Shown here: positions 21,232 to 32,709 of the stretch, piece after piece | How positions within the stretch are numbered: position 1 is the stretch's first letter | Layout of the letters: each line of letters starts with the position of its first letter | Assembly (NCBI GenBank): GCA_044229845.1 | Contig: JBGASG010000001.1 | Location: 640,001-704,000 of the forward strand | DNA: 64,000 nucleotides | Origin: Candidatus Obscuribacteraceae bacterium | GTDB lineage: Bacteria; Cyanobacteriota; Vampirovibrionia; Obscuribacterales; Obscuribacteraceae | Direction: 5' to 3' | Notes under the pieces: model-generated | Seen by the model: only the letters and a program-made list of their open reading frames with translations | The model's database searches: none | What the model was told of the DNA's origin: nothing | Position numbers and translations under genes: made by a program

Positions 21232-22167
21232 TCAGGAGTTGGCTTTTTTCAAGTCTTCGGATAGCGAGATCTTGTCGGTCGTCTGTCCGGAGCCGGTAGT
21301 ATCGTCGGACAGGCGCTCTTCAACGTCTATTTCCGATGGGGGAAGGAACGGCATCTGGTTGGACATGGCACGAACTGTCTGGTCGAGTTGAGCGATTTCG
21401 TCGGTGCCGGCTAGCGGTCGTCCCAGTTGTTCGTTGCGCAAGGCTCTGGCGACGTTATCCGCCACAACGGACAGGCGGCGTGTGATTGCCGAGTTGAAGT
21501 AACTGAGAAAAGCAAAAGCGATCAATATGCTGCCACCCAGTGAGAGAAACATGAAAAAACGCACCGCCCATTTGGAGCGCTCGTACTGCTCCGCGCTGGC
21601 TGTCTGAACCGCGCGGCTTTCGTTCGTGATACTATCGATAGCGTTGCCCATGTCCGCGGTCACGTCTTTGAGTTCGTTATACAGATCGCGTACGCGGCGT
21701 ACACCGATGGCCTGTGAGGAGTCTTTGATGCTGGAATGGGCTCGTTTCAGCATGTCCAGACCTACCCGAGTAGATCGCTCCAGTTCGCCGAAGGCTCGCT
21801 CCTGACGATAATTGCCACGCACCAGCTCGCGCAGTTTGTCCAGCTCCAGCGGTATGCTTGCGACAATCTTTTCGGAGCGCTGGCCGTAAAAAGCATTCTT
21901 GGTGATGCTGTAGCCACCGATAGCGATACCAGCGTCGTGCACGGCTCGCTGCAAGTTTCCTGACTCAAAAATGATGGCATTGGCGCGCATTTGCTGAAAC
22001 TGTTTCGTTTCCGCGTCGTGCATGAGCGTCAGCAATGCCAAGATCAAGCTCAACTGCAGCAGCAAGGGAATACCGACAATCAGTTTCGCCTTGTCGTTGA
22101 GCTTCAGTGTGCGTCGGGTGCCGGGCGACTGATACCTATTCTTGATTTTGGAAAATGGTGATTTCAC
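21232..22167 (-). CDS. Membrane sensor protein (TM-CHASE3-like four-helix-TM-HAMP) with no output domain
   Basis: Two TM segments flank a helical domain (LDKLRELVRGNYRQ); HAMP-like RRLSVV...GTDEIAQLD; GTG 22167 with AAGGA SD. Confidence 0.72.
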   Translation of the reverse strand: MKSPFSKIKNRYQSPGTRRTLKLNDKAKLIVGIPLLLQLSLILALLTLMHDAETKQFQQMRANAIIFESGNLQRAVHDAGIAIGGYSITKNAFYGQRSEKIVASIPLELDKLRELVRGNYRQERAFGELERSTRVGLDMLKRAHSSIKDSSQAIGVRRVRDLYNELKDVTADMGNAIDSITNESRAVQTASAEQYERSKWAVRFFMFLSLGGSILIAFAFLSYFNSAITRRLSVVADNVARALRNEQLGRPLAGTDEIAQLDQTVRAMSNQMPFLPPSEIDVEERLSDDTTGSGQTTDKISLSEDLKKANS

Positions 22168-22304
22168 AGTGCAATCCTTGCCTACATAATTGTGCCCAGC
22201 TGTCTGCAAGCTCAACTTTAATAGTGCGTGTCCGGCACAAAATTCCACTGACTGCGTCGCCTATAACGCAGAGTCTGTGGCTGCGGACAGAAAATGGAGG
22301 CATC

Positions 22305-22817
22305 ATGCATAAAGTTGTAGTTGGTATCTTTTCTAACCCGGACAGCGCCGCTCTGGCTGCTCATGAGTTTTTGAGCCGCGGCTACAGCCCGCAGGAAGTG
22401 TCGGTAATCCCGGCAACCGATGAGCTCAATCCGCTGGTTCCGGAAATTATGGAAGTGACTGTCAAGCCGACGACCGCTCGTGGCTTCGGGATCATTCCGA
22501 TGGTCAGCGCCTTCGTCGGAGCTATTTTAGGTTTTCTCTTCTGGCAGGTGATGCCGGCCAGCTACGGACACCTGATCGTGCACGGCGGCGTGCTGGGGTT
22601 TCTATACGGTGCAGCGGTGGGTGTGGTGCTCGAACATCTCTTTGGCGATGCACTAATTAACTATAGGCGCCATCGGGCGCAATTGGAATTGGATCCGCAG
22701 CCGCTCGACCTGCGCACCATGGTGGCGGTGCACACGGAAGAAAAAGACCAAACCAAAGAGGCACAAAACTTGCTGGAGTTGTCCGGCGCCAGCGAAATTT
22801 CCACTAAGGCGGCTTAG
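22305..22817 (+). CDS. Hypothetical membrane protein (general-stress/YflT-like N-terminus, Gly-rich TM hairpin)
   Basis: GGAGG SD, ATG 22305; VVVGIF...A..AA..F...GY...EVSVI; two Gly-rich TM helices. Confidence 0.75.
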   Translation: MHKVVVGIFSNPDSAALAAHEFLSRGYSPQEVSVIPATDELNPLVPEIMEVTVKPTTARGFGIIPMVSAFVGAILGFLFWQVMPASYGHLIVHGGVLGFLYGAAVGVVLEHLFGDALINYRRHRAQLELDPQPLDLRTMVAVHTEEKDQTKEAQNLLELSGASEISTKAA

Positions 22818-22831
22818 TGTAGTCCGCCGGA

Positions 22832-23515
22832 CTAATAAGCGGCTTTGGCCGGCTCGGCAGCGCCACTGACGATCGCAATACCTGCGGACGTGCCCAGGCG
22901 CGTCGCGCCGGCTTCGATCATTGCTTTAGCGTGCTCGGCGTTGCGAACGCCACCACTGGCTTTGATGCCGATCTTGGCATCACCGAGGGTTTCTCTAATC
23001 AGCTTCACGTCTTCGACGGTGGCTCCCTTTCCGTCTTTGACCATGCCCGTAGAGGTTTTGACCATGCCGACCTGGGCTCTGGCACAGGCTTTGGTCACGG
23101 CGACCTTCTCGTCGTCAGTGAGCAGATCGGTTTCGATGATCACCTTCACCATGCGGTCGCCGGCCAGTTTGACGATCGCCTTGATCTCTTGCTCGACCAA
23201 CTCGATGTCACCACTTTTGAGCGCGCCGATGTTAATCACCAGGTCGAGTTCTTCCGCGCCTTCCGAGATAGCACGCTGAGCCTCGGCGATTTTGATGTCG
23301 GTCAAGTTGGCGCCCAGTGGGAACCCGATCACTGTGGCAACAGCTACGTCGGAGTTCGCCAGCTCTTTGGCCGCATGTCTCACCCAGTGCGGATTGACGC
23401 AGACAGCGAAAAATTTGTGTTTGGCTGCTTCAGCGCACAACTTGGTGATGTCGGCTTTGGTTGCCTGCGGGCTGAGCAGAGTGTGGTCGATGTATTTTGC
23501 TAAGTCTTGGGACAC
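22832..23515 (-). CDS. deoC: Deoxyribose-phosphate aldolase
   Basis: IDHTLL, VIGFPLG, ELDLVINIG, VKVIIET, VKTSTG, IKASGGVR, RLGTS. Confidence 0.97.
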   Translation of the reverse strand: MSQDLAKYIDHTLLSPQATKADITKLCAEAAKHKFFAVCVNPHWVRHAAKELANSDVAVATVIGFPLGANLTDIKIAEAQRAISEGAEELDLVINIGALKSGDIELVEQEIKAIVKLAGDRMVKVIIETDLLTDDEKVAVTKACARAQVGMVKTSTGMVKDGKGATVEDVKLIRETLGDAKIGIKASGGVRNAEHAKAMIEAGATRLGTSAGIAIVSGAAEPAKAAY

Positions 23516-23695
23516 GACGGCAATCTCCGTGGGGCCGTCAAATTATATATCGTCGGCTCCCGGTTCTGAAGCTGAGAAGCAGCCAGCTTCCCGTATGTCA
23601 AGAATCAGGGTTCGGGTTGGCGCACGCACCGTTGAGTTCGCCACGTGCGGGCGGCATGGGACAATATTCGCTCCCCTGATAGAGAGAGGCTCCGT

Positions 23696-25999
23696 ATGTC
23701 CATCAAAAATCCTGTGTCGATAATCTTGGCAACATCCTTGGTGTCGATTGCGCAGCTCTCTTTCGTCCACCCGACCTGGCAACTGTGTCCTCCCGCTTGC
23801 GCTACAGCGAAAAAGCAGGATGCGGCTTCTATCGACAAGGACAAAATCCCCGCCAGAATCGATGCTTACAGCAAAGCGATCACGTCCAAACCAAATCGCA
23901 TCGATCCATATTTGAAGCGAGCACGCCTTTATTTGCTGCAAGACGAAGCGCAAAAAGCGGGCGAGGATGCCAGCCGTGCCGTCGAATTGGATAAGACAAA
24001 TATTGAGGCGCATCGAATCCTGGGGCGAGCCTATCTCTGGCAGGACAAGTATCAATTGGCGCTGGAGAATCTCAATTTCGTCCTGGCGCAACTTCCTGAT
24101 GACACCGATGCCTTGCAAGATCGAGGACGTACTTTCCATCATCTGAACAAGTGGCAAGACGGCGTCAACGATTTCAATCGCCTGATCGAGCTGAAGCCGA
24201 CCGCAGCGGTGTATGCGATGCGTTGCGATGGATACAACGGACTCGAACAGTTCGACAAAGCGATTGCCGACGGCGAGAAAGCCATCGAACTTGATCCGCA
24301 ATATGAATATGGTTATGAAGCCCTGGCCGATGCATTGGATCTCGGCGGTAAAGAAAAACGCTCGCTGGAAGTGATTGAGAAGGCAATCGCGCTCGCTCCC
24401 AACCTAGCTCGTCCACTGGTAATTCGCGCCAGAGCGCTTCGGCATCTAGGACAAGATGAGAAATCTGTCGCTGAACTTACGAAAGTAATCGACAGGTGGC
24501 CTGATGACGAGTGGGCTTACGAAATGCGAACCAAAGCCTACATCAATTTGAAGAATTGGCAGGGAGTAATCAGCGATTGCAATAAAGGCTTGTTGCTTTC
24601 TCCCGATGCAGAATGGGCTCTTAGCATGAGAGCGGTTGGTTACAACGAAGCAGGCGAATATCAAGATGCCCTCGATGATTGCAATGCTGCGCTCAAATTG
24701 AGTCCGGACGATGCCTACGTTTTTTCGGTGCGCGGTGACGCCTGCTTCAATTTGAAGCGATATCAGGATGCGGTCGATTCGTACACTAAGGCGCTTGCTC
24801 TTGATCCGAAAGCCGCGAACAATTATGCGTCGCGAGGAGATGCTTATCTGGAGCTGAAGGACTACGAGAAAGCCCTCGCCGACCTCAACAAGGCCATCGA
24901 AGCCGATGCGAAAAATGGCTACGCTTACGATGTGCGGTCGAGAATCTTCAGCGCACAAGATCAACAAGAAAAAGCAATCGCAGACTTGAGTATGACAATT
25001 TCGATCGAGCCAACCGTGGGCAAGTACCAGCGGCTTGCCGAAACATACTGCGCCACCGGCGAATACGACAAAGCCCTGGACGTGGCGAAGAAGGGAACAG
25101 AAGCGTTTCCTAAAGATGCTGACGCCTTCAGCAATCTTGCGTATGTGCTGGTCGAGCGCAAGGAATTGCCCGCGGCTGTTGCCGCTGCTAAGCAAGCCAT
25201 CGAGCTGAATCCGCAATTGGACAATGCGTACGGGCAATTGGCTGTGGCATACAATCGATTGTCGCAGTGGGATAAAGCAATCGAAGCCTGCACCAGAGCC
25301 ATCGCCATCAATCCCGAAGATCCTTATTACCTGCTGACGCGAGCTCATTGTCAGCAAGGGAAGAAGGCTAATGGCGAGGCACTGGCTGACTATACGGCTG
25401 CAGCCAAACTGGATAGCGAGAATCCAGACGTTTTTCTGGAGAAAGCTTTTCTAGAGATGCAAATGAAGAAAAAGTCCGAAGCGCTGGCCGACATACAGAC
25501 CGCGATCAAGCTTGTGAAGGATGACAGCGCCTTGAACGCAGACACATTCGTTGACCGAGGCGACGTTTTCTTGGGCATAGAGCGCTATTCGGATGCTGTC
25601 GATCAGTACACCAAAGCTCTCGCAAGGGACGCAAAGCACTACTCGGCACTGAATAACCGAGGGTATACTTACGACGAACTCGGTAAGTATGATCTGGCAA
25701 TTGCAGACTCTACCGCTGCCATTGCTGTCGAACCGAAAAATTTCATGGCCTGGGATACGCGTGCTTGCGCCTACCTGCATAAAGGAGATCTGCAAAAGGC
25801 GCTGGCTGATGCTAACTTTGCGCTTAAGCTTGATCCCGAAAATGGCGAGATTTATTTCCACAGGGCTAAAATCTACGCCAAGTTGAAAAAGAGTGCATTG
25901 GCGGTTGCCGATCGCACCAAGTCGAAGAAACTTGGCTTTGTCGATCCCGATGCAACGGTAGCAACCAAAGCGAAGGAAACGAAGACAGCTCAGGACTAG
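23696..25999 (+). CDS. Large exported TPR repeat protein
   Basis: N-terminal hydrophobic signal, then about 20 tandem TPRs; ATG 23696 with GAGAGG SD. Confidence 0.9.
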   Translation: MSIKNPVSIILATSLVSIAQLSFVHPTWQLCPPACATAKKQDAASIDKDKIPARIDAYSKAITSKPNRIDPYLKRARLYLLQDEAQKAGEDASRAVELDKTNIEAHRILGRAYLWQDKYQLALENLNFVLAQLPDDTDALQDRGRTFHHLNKWQDGVNDFNRLIELKPTAAVYAMRCDGYNGLEQFDKAIADGEKAIELDPQYEYGYEALADALDLGGKEKRSLEVIEKAIALAPNLARPLVIRARALRHLGQDEKSVAELTKVIDRWPDDEWAYEMRTKAYINLKNWQGVISDCNKGLLLSPDAEWALSMRAVGYNEAGEYQDALDDCNAALKLSPDDAYVFSVRGDACFNLKRYQDAVDSYTKALALDPKAANNYASRGDAYLELKDYEKALADLNKAIEADAKNGYAYDVRSRIFSAQDQQEKAIADLSMTISIEPTVGKYQRLAETYCATGEYDKALDVAKKGTEAFPKDADAFSNLAYVLVERKELPAAVAAAKQAIELNPQLDNAYGQLAVAYNRLSQWDKAIEACTRAIAINPEDPYYLLTRAHCQQGKKANGEALADYTAAAKLDSENPDVFLEKAFLEMQMKKKSEALADIQTAIKLVKDDSALNADTFVDRGDVFLGIERYSDAVDQYTKALARDAKHYSALNNRGYTYDELGKYDLAIADSTAAIAVEPKNFMAWDTRACAYLHKGDLQKALADANFALKLDPENGEIYFHRAKIYAKLKKSALAVADRTKSKKLGFVDPDATVATKAKETKTAQD

Positions 26000-26003
26000 T
26001 GAG

Positions 26004-29000
26004 CTATTGGGTGCGCAGTGGAGTGCGCTGCTCCCAGTAGGCTATCTTTGAATGATATTCCTGCAGGCTGTTGACGCCCAGATGTCCCTGCTGCAGTGAA
26101 GGGATGGCTGCTGCCGTTGCCTTGGCACCGGAAAGCGTGGTGACGACTGGAATGTTGTAGTGCACCGCGGCGCGGCGGATTTCTTGGTCGTCCACGTGCG
26201 CTGTGCGTCCCGACGGAATATTGATCACCAGCTGTATTTCGCCGTTCTTAATACGGTCAATCAAGTTTGGGCGTCCTTCAGATACTTTGTTAACCACCGC
26301 GATGGGAATGCCGGCCGCTTGAACTGTGTTGGCGGTGCCACGGGTCGCTACCAGCTCAAAACCTAATTGGTATAGATTTTGAGCGATCGGCACGACTTCT
26401 TGTTTGTGGGCGTCGGTGACCGAGACGAAGACTCTTCCTTTGGTGGGCAGGTTTTGTCCGGCACCGAGTTGCGCTTTAGCGAAAGCCAATCCGAAGGTGG
26501 AAGCGATGCCCATCACTTCACCGGTGGAGCGCATCTCCGGACCGAGGGAAATTTCAGCGCCCGGAAATTTGCGAAATGGTATCACCACCGATTTTACCGA
26601 GACGTGCGGTGGCAATATGCGCTGGTCGGAGATGCCCAACTCTTTGAGTTTCTTGCCCATCATCACTTTTGTGGCTAAAACTGCCCAGGGCACGCCGGTG
26701 GCTTTGGACACAAACGGCACTGTGCGGCTGCCGCGCGGATTGACTTCCAGTATGTAGGCTTTCTCGTCTTTGTAAGCAAACTGGATGTTCATCAGTCCGA
26801 CAACTTTCAGTTCGGTTGCCAGCGCTCGCGTGGCGGATCGAATCTCTTCGATAATCTTGAGCGGTATCGTCTGCGAGGGCAGCACGCAGGTGCTGTCGCC
26901 CGAGTGAATGCCCGCCTGCTCTATGTGTTCCATGATGCCGGCAATGATCGTTTCTTGACCGTCGCAAATTGCGTCGACGTCAATTTCGACTGCGTTCTCC
27001 AGGAACTCATCGATCAAGACCGGATGATTCGGTTCGACGTTCAGACCGGAAGACAGCCAGGCATCGAGTTCTTCTTGCGTATAAATAATACGCATGGCGC
27101 GCCCGCCCAGCACATAACTGGGACGCACCAGCACCGGGAAGCCGATTTCTTCGGCGATGCGTTTGGCATCTTCTGCCTGATAAGCGGTAGAGCCCTGAGG
27201 CTGACGAAGTTCCAGCTTGCTGAGCAGTTGCCCGAAGCGAGAGCGGTCTTCTGCGATATCGATAGATTCCGGAGAAGTGCCGAGCACCTTAATCCCGCGC
27301 TTCTCCAATCCCTTGGCCAGTTTGAGTGGTGTCTGCCCGCCGAGCTGCACAATGACGCCGACCGGTTTTTCTTGATTGGCGATGTTGCTCACATCTTCGA
27401 GGGTCAAGGGTTCGAAGTAGAGGCGGTCGGAAACGTCGTAATCTGTGGATACAGTCTCCGGATTCGAATTCACCATTACTGCTTCATAACCGATCTCGCG
27501 CAGCGCTATGCTGGCTTGGACGCAGCAATAATCGAACTCGATGCCTTGTCCGATGCGATTGGGTCCGCCGCCCAAGATCATCACTTTGGGCTTGTCTGAT
27601 GCAGGCACTTCGGACTCGTCTTCATAAGTAGAGTACAGGTAGGGTGTGAAAGCTTGGAACTCCGCGGCACAGGTGTCGACCGTCTTATAGGCCGGGAAGA
27701 TGTTGTTCTTCTGACGAATCTCGAAGATATCGTCTTCAGAAACGTTCTGGTTAGTGCTGGAGGAAACCAGCTTGGCCAGTTGCAGGTCGCCGAACCCATA
27801 GCGTTTCAGTCGCTTCAGATACTTAGGATCGAGGTCTTTCAAGCTGGTGACCGCCGACGCCAACGCGCGGCTTTCCTGCCAGATCTCCAGCATGTTGTCG
27901 AGGAACCAGGGATCCATGAAAGTCAATTCGGCGATCTCATCGATCAGGACTCCGGCATCCAGAGCTCCGAAAATGTCGGTAAGGCGGTGGTGACTCGGTA
28001 CAGCCAGACGGCGTCTCCACTCGGCTCGATCGGCGCGGGTTCTGGCCGGCACTGAGCCAAATCCGGAAAGACCTAGCTCCAGTCCGCGCACGGCCTTTTG
28101 CAGTGATTCCTGGAATGTTCTGCCGACAGCCATCACTTCGCCCACCGATTTCATTTGCGTGGTGAGTGTCGTGTCGGAGCCGCGGAATTTTTCAAAATTG
28201 AAGCGCGGCACTTTAGTGACGACGTAGTCGATAGCCGGTTCGAACGATGCTGGTGTCAGCTTGGTGATGTCGTTCGGAATCTCGTCGAGCGTCAGTCCGA
28301 CGGCAAGCTTAGCGGCGATTTTGGCAATCGGGTAGCCGGTGGCTTTGCTGGCCAGGGCAGACGAGCGAGAAACGCGCGGGTTCATCTCGATGACGACGAT
28401 GCGTCCAGTCTTGGGATCCAGCCCAAACTGAATGTTGCTGCCGCCCGTATCGACGCCGATGGCGCGAATGATTTTGATCGAGGCATCGCGCAGGCTCTGA
28501 TATTCTTTGTCGGTCAAAGTCTGCACGGGGGCGACGGTAATCGAGTCCCCGGTGTGAATGCCCATCGGGTCGAGGTTCTCAATGCCGCAAACAATAACGA
28601 CGTTATCCAGACTGTCGCGCATTACCTCGAGTTCGAGTTCTTTCCAGCCCAGGACACTCTCTTCCAGCAGTATCTCGCCCACCGGACTGGCGGTCAGACC
28701 GTCGTGCGCAATCTTCTCCAGTTCTTCCTGGTTGTAGGCGATACCGCCACCGGTGCCGCCTAATGTGAACGCCGGGCGAATAATGATTGGAAAGCCGATC
28801 TCGAGTGCGATGTCGCGCACGTCGCTCTGCCGGCGCGCAATGCCCGACTTCGGAACATCCAGTCCGATCTCCAGCATTTTTTGTTTGAACAGGTCGCGGT
28901 CTTCCGCCATTTTGATCGCTTTCAGGCGAGCGCCAATCAGCTCGACGCCGAATTCTTCGAGGACGCCTGATTCAGCGAGTTCGACAGCAACATTCAGCGC

Positions 29001-29282
29001 CGTCTGTCCGCCCATGGTCGGTAACAAGGCATCCGGTCTTTCTCGCTCAATCACTTCGCGAGCGACCGGCGCTGTCACGGGCTCCAGATAGGTTCTGTCC
29101 GCCACGTTCGGGTCGGTCATGATGGTGGCGGGATTAGAGTTTATGAGGATTACTTCGAATCCCTCGTCGCGCAGCGCTTTGCAGGCTTGCGTTCCTGAGT
29201 AGTCAAATTCGCACGCCTGACCGATGGTAATTGGTCCGGCGCCCAAAATAAGAATCTTGCGGATGTCGGTTCGTTTAGGCAT
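26004..29282 (-). CDS. carB: Carbamoyl-phosphate synthase large subunit
   Basis: [33 protein letters not shown], duplicated ATP-grasp ([19 protein letters not shown]), MGS domain; start set at 29282. Confidence 0.98.
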   Translation of the reverse strand: MPKRTDIRKILILGAGPITIGQACEFDYSGTQACKALRDEGFEVILINSNPATIMTDPNVADRTYLEPVTAPVAREVIERERPDALLPTMGGQTALNVAVELAESGVLEEFGVELIGARLKAIKMAEDRDLFKQKMLEIGLDVPKSGIARRQSDVRDIALEIGFPIIIRPAFTLGGTGGGIAYNQEELEKIAHDGLTASPVGEILLEESVLGWKELELEVMRDSLDNVVIVCGIENLDPMGIHTGDSITVAPVQTLTDKEYQSLRDASIKIIRAIGVDTGGSNIQFGLDPKTGRIVVIEMNPRVSRSSALASKATGYPIAKIAAKLAVGLTLDEIPNDITKLTPASFEPAIDYVVTKVPRFNFEKFRGSDTTLTTQMKSVGEVMAVGRTFQESLQKAVRGLELGLSGFGSVPARTRADRAEWRRRLAVPSHHRLTDIFGALDAGVLIDEIAELTFMDPWFLDNMLEIWQESRALASAVTSLKDLDPKYLKRLKRYGFGDLQLAKLVSSSTNQNVSEDDIFEIRQKNNIFPAYKTVDTCAAEFQAFTPYLYSTYEDESEVPASDKPKVMILGGGPNRIGQGIEFDYCCVQASIALREIGYEAVMVNSNPETVSTDYDVSDRLYFEPLTLEDVSNIANQEKPVGVIVQLGGQTPLKLAKGLEKRGIKVLGTSPESIDIAEDRSRFGQLLSKLELRQPQGSTAYQAEDAKRIAEEIGFPVLVRPSYVLGGRAMRIIYTQEELDAWLSSGLNVEPNHPVLIDEFLENAVEIDVDAICDGQETIIAGIMEHIEQAGIHSGDSTCVLPSQTIPLKIIEEIRSATRALATELKVVGLMNIQFAYKDEKAYILEVNPRGSRTVPFVSKATGVPWAVLATKVMMGKKLKELGISDQRILPPHVSVKSVVIPFRKFPGAEISLGPEMRSTGEVMGIASTFGLAFAKAQLGAGQNLPTKGRVFVSVTDAHKQEVVPIAQNLYQLGFELVATRGTANTVQAAGIPIAVVNKVSEGRPNLIDRIKNGEIQLVINIPSGRTAHVDDQEIRRAAVHYNIPVVTTLSGAKATAAAIPSLQQGHLGVNSLQEYHSKIAYWEQRTPLRTQ

Positions 29283-29710
29283 TTGACTCACTTTTGAGAG
29301 CATTTTGATGTCCGGCGCACATGCATTTGCCCCTCCTGAGAGGCAACCACGCAAACCGTTCAAGAGCCGCATCATAGCTGGTTCTTGGGCGTAATTCAAT
29401 GCGCTGCCACGCCGTCTGGCGCAACACGAAGACTTTGTTCACTTTAAGCGGTTGTAAAATCCGTGCGAAATTGTGCCGCTGACAATTAATCCGAGTGTTA
29501 AAAGCGTCACCAGTATTTGTTTTCGGGAAATTGCCACCAGCTTGTCAAGAGAGCTTTTGGGTTTTAAAGTTGGAATTGTCTTGGTACATGAAAGTTACGG
29601 CTAAGACATTTCGCTCCCTGTCGCATGCGCGTGCACCGGTAGCCCCAGAGGAATAGATTCGCAGCAGCGCGCTCCCTATGCGAATCGCTCATTGAAACCC
29701 CCGAACCTCC

Positions 29711-30763
29711 ATGAAAAGATTTGTCATCCAACTGTTTAGTCTGCTTCTGCTGGCGGCCTGCATGCCTGGCGCCCTGGCGTCGGAAGTCTGTTATGAGGAA
29801 GATGGTGTCGTCGGCAAACAACTGAGCATGCCGATATACCACTGGTACACCAAAGGACGCACGCCCTGCGGATTGGTAGTCGCCGTCCACGGGGTGGCGA
29901 TGCACGGCAAGTCGTTCGATGTTTTGAGCCGGCAACTTTCGGTAATGGGCTTTGAAGTTTTTTCAACAGACTTGCGCGGTTATGGACGCACGCTCGATCA
30001 ACAGCATCGTTACTGCCAGCTGCCCGATTGCAAGCACAAAGTAGATTACGATAAGAGCTACGACGACCTGGTGGCATTGACCCAACGTTTGCGCATCGCC
30101 TACCCGGGTGTGCCGATTCACTTGATTGGTGAAAGCCTCGGTTCGTCGCTGGCGATCCGCCTGGCGGCACTGCATCCAGAACTGTGCGATGGCTTGGTAC
30201 TCTCGGCACCGGCTATCAAACGTCACTCATTTGTGCACAAGAAAATGGTGGCACAAGCCGGAGTCTTGATGTACAACTTTCGCGCTCAGCTCGATCTGAC
30301 ACCTTACGTGCAAAGTTTTGCTTCCGAAGATCCGCTGATTCTCGAGGAAATGGCCAACGATCCTTTGATGCGCACGCGCATGAGTGCTCCTGAATTGTTC
30401 AAGGCATCACAGGCCGTGAAGCGTACTCTCGGCTACGTCAAAGACATCTCGCCCGACACCCCGGTCCTGGTCATCCAGGGCAGCGACGATCGCTGCGTGA
30501 AAGCGAACGCGGTGGTGTTGATGCTCGATCGCTTGCGCTCGAAGGATCAAACTGTGCGTTGGTTCCATCAGCGCGGACACGTGCTTCTGGAGACAGCTCA
30601 CGTCAAGCCTGACACCATGCAAATTGTCTGCGGCTGGTTGCATGAACACGTGGACGGTTCGATGTACAGTCTCGCTTCGCCCAGATTTGTCGCGAAGAGC
30701 GAAAGCGCTCAATCAACCAGTCTGGATATGGACGCCAGCGTCAGACCGCAAATGCATTTCTAA
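29711..30763 (+). CDS. Exported alpha/beta hydrolase (lysophospholipase/monoglyceride lipase-like)
   Basis: Signal peptide, VHG, DLRGYG, GESLG nucleophile elbow, IQG.DD, GHVLL. Confidence 0.9.
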   Translation: MKRFVIQLFSLLLLAACMPGALASEVCYEEDGVVGKQLSMPIYHWYTKGRTPCGLVVAVHGVAMHGKSFDVLSRQLSVMGFEVFSTDLRGYGRTLDQQHRYCQLPDCKHKVDYDKSYDDLVALTQRLRIAYPGVPIHLIGESLGSSLAIRLAALHPELCDGLVLSAPAIKRHSFVHKKMVAQAGVLMYNFRAQLDLTPYVQSFASEDPLILEEMANDPLMRTRMSAPELFKASQAVKRTLGYVKDISPDTPVLVIQGSDDRCVKANAVVLMLDRLRSKDQTVRWFHQRGHVLLETAHVKPDTMQIVCGWLHEHVDGSMYSLASPRFVAKSESAQSTSLDMDASVRPQMHF

Positions 30764-30775
30764 AGTCGCACCGAT

Positions 30776-31882
30776 TCAATTGGGTTTAGCGATGAAGAAC
30801 GGATTCGTGCCGTTGCCGCCCAAGTCTATCCTCGACCGAATGTCAAACTTGACGGTTCCGTCCGCTGCCGGTTTGGGCAATGGTGTACCGGTAGTGGTGC
30901 CGCCCTGTCGCAGGAGATCGAGACCGGTCATGGGTGGAGGCAAGGTGATGTTGACGCCTTCGCCTCGAGAGGCTTTCACAGCGGCAACCAGAGCGGCGAC
31001 ATCGGCTATCGGTGTGACAATAGTGCGCCCGCCGTCATTGGACATACTCTGGACGCCGACAGCTTCTCCGGTTGCCAGGCTGATAACCAGCGAGCCGGAA
31101 CTGGCCGGTCTTGTGTCCATCATAGTCTGGTAGACGGTACGATCGGCGTTTTCATTCGGGAGATAACCACCTTTGACCTTTTCGTCCGACAGTGGCTCTG
31201 ATTTGACGAATCGTCCTGGTGAGATGTGTACTTCGCGACTGTAGTTGGGGTGACCCAGTGTGGCCAGTGACGCGCCTTCCGTCAGTTGAATCGGTTTGGT
31301 CGGCAGCGTTACCGGTTGCGTCTTCACGTCTTTGGGGAGCACCAGCTGTAATGCCGCCAGATCCGACTGCTGGTAAACCATGGCGATGTTTGCGGAATAG
31401 GTTTTGCCGTCGGACATAGTAACGAGAATGGTGTCGCCCTTCTTTGCGACATGCGATTCGGTGATCAACAGACCTTTATCGTCAACGAAGAAGCCGCTGC
31501 CGGTGCTGCCTGATTCAACACCTTTGATCGCCACTACCGCTTTCTGGTAAGCCAGGTAATTGCGTGCTTCCGGAGAGTTGATGTCGACTGTGATGCGGTC
31601 GCCGGGTTTGTCGTCTCGGTTTTCCACCGTCAGCCCGGGCAACGTCACTTTGGTTGCGTCGCCGGGCACGGGACGCATCTGGGCATTGATATCGCCGATG
31701 GTGCCTGCCGGTTTGGATACTTGTGGCGGGTTGACTACGGGCACGACGTCTAGAGTGTTCAGCTGCGTGCCGGAGGCAGGACCTTTTCCGTTCAAATATG
31801 CATCGATGTCGTCCATGCCGCCGGTGCGTTCGACAGGTCGATTGTTTTGAGGGGGATTTTCTTTCAGGTCAGCGTCGGACAT
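30776..31882 (-). CDS. Trypsin-like serine protease (S1) with disordered N-terminus and no signal peptide
   Basis: STGSGFFV, ITESHV (His), SDLAAL (Asp), LGHP, PASSGS (Ser motif, variant of PGNSGG). Alternative start GTG 31906. Confidence 0.85.
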   Translation of the reverse strand: MSDADLKENPPQNNRPVERTGGMDDIDAYLNGKGPASGTQLNTLDVVPVVNPPQVSKPAGTIGDINAQMRPVPGDATKVTLPGLTVENRDDKPGDRITVDINSPEARNYLAYQKAVVAIKGVESGSTGSGFFVDDKGLLITESHVAKKGDTILVTMSDGKTYSANIAMVYQQSDLAALQLVLPKDVKTQPVTLPTKPIQLTEGASLATLGHPNYSREVHISPGRFVKSEPLSDEKVKGGYLPNENADRTVYQTMMDTRPASSGSLVISLATGEAVGVQSMSNDGGRTIVTPIADVAALVAAVKASRGEGVNITLPPPMTGLDLLRQGGTTTGTPLPKPAADGTVKFDIRSRIDLGGNGTNPFFIAKPN

Positions 31883-32005
31883 CGAGGTGGAGGACTCCAG
31901 AGCCACTCTTGACTATATCCATCGTTCCACTATTTCTCGATACGCAAAATACGTATTTCTGCAAAAATTTCTGCCCCGCGCCAATTATGGGGTATCTGAG
32001 AAGTC

Positions 32006-32551
32006 TCAGGTGGTAGCCTGTTGGGCAGCGGCCAACCGATAGTTGGCGGCATATCCGACATAGTTTCGCCAGCCTCGCGCGATGCGCTCTCTGTCCTCGG
32101 GGCGCACGGGACGTACGACTTTGCCGGGCACACCCATGACGATGCTGTTAGCCGGAATGCGGGTGTTAGGCGCCACAACTGAGCCGGCGGCGATCAGGCA
32201 GTTTTCTTCCAGGTGAGCGCCGTCCAGAACAATGGCTCCCATGGCTATCAGGCAGTTCGGTTCGACGTGACAGCCATGCAAAATGACGCCGTGCCCGACG
32301 GTGACGTTGTCTTCGATGATTAAAGGATGGCGGTTGGTGACGTGAAGCAGGCACCCGTCTTGAATATTGCTATTCAGTCCGATCTCTATCCTATTAATGT
32401 CGGCGCGGACGACCGTATGAAACCAGACGCTGCTGTTGGTCGCCATGGTCACCTGTCCGATCAGGACAGCGGTCGGGGCGACGAAGCAAGAAGGGTCAAT
32501 CTGTGGGGTTTTCCCGTCGTAGGAGTAGACGGGGTAGCCCTGGGGAGGCAT
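32006..32551 (-). CDS. Gamma carbonic anhydrase-like hexapeptide protein
   Basis: APTAVLIGQV, VVRADINRIEIG..SNIQDG..LH, VTVGH.VILHGC, GVPGKVVR; start uncertain (32551 or 32563). Confidence 0.92.
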   Translation of the reverse strand: MPPQGYPVYSYDGKTPQIDPSCFVAPTAVLIGQVTMATNSSVWFHTVVRADINRIEIGLNSNIQDGCLLHVTNRHPLIIEDNVTVGHGVILHGCHVEPNCLIAMGAIVLDGAHLEENCLIAAGSVVAPNTRIPANSIVMGVPGKVVRPVRPEDRERIARGWRNYVGYAANYRLAAAQQATT

Positions 32552-32709
32552 TGGGTTATTCACGGGCGGTTGTAATGTTTTGAAAACCCGCGTAGTAGGG
32601 CCAGCGGGCAGATTAGAGCGAACTGAGATTTTACTCTCTTCTAAACAGGGGGCTTTGGCTTTAGTGATTGCCAAGATGTTAAAATTAACTCCCGTGGGGA
32701 GGTACTTGC

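Noticed and set aside
29333..29345. PyrR-binding-loop-like TCCTGAGAGGC upstream of carB
   Set aside because: The match is on the plus strand, antisense to carB, and there is no associated terminator.
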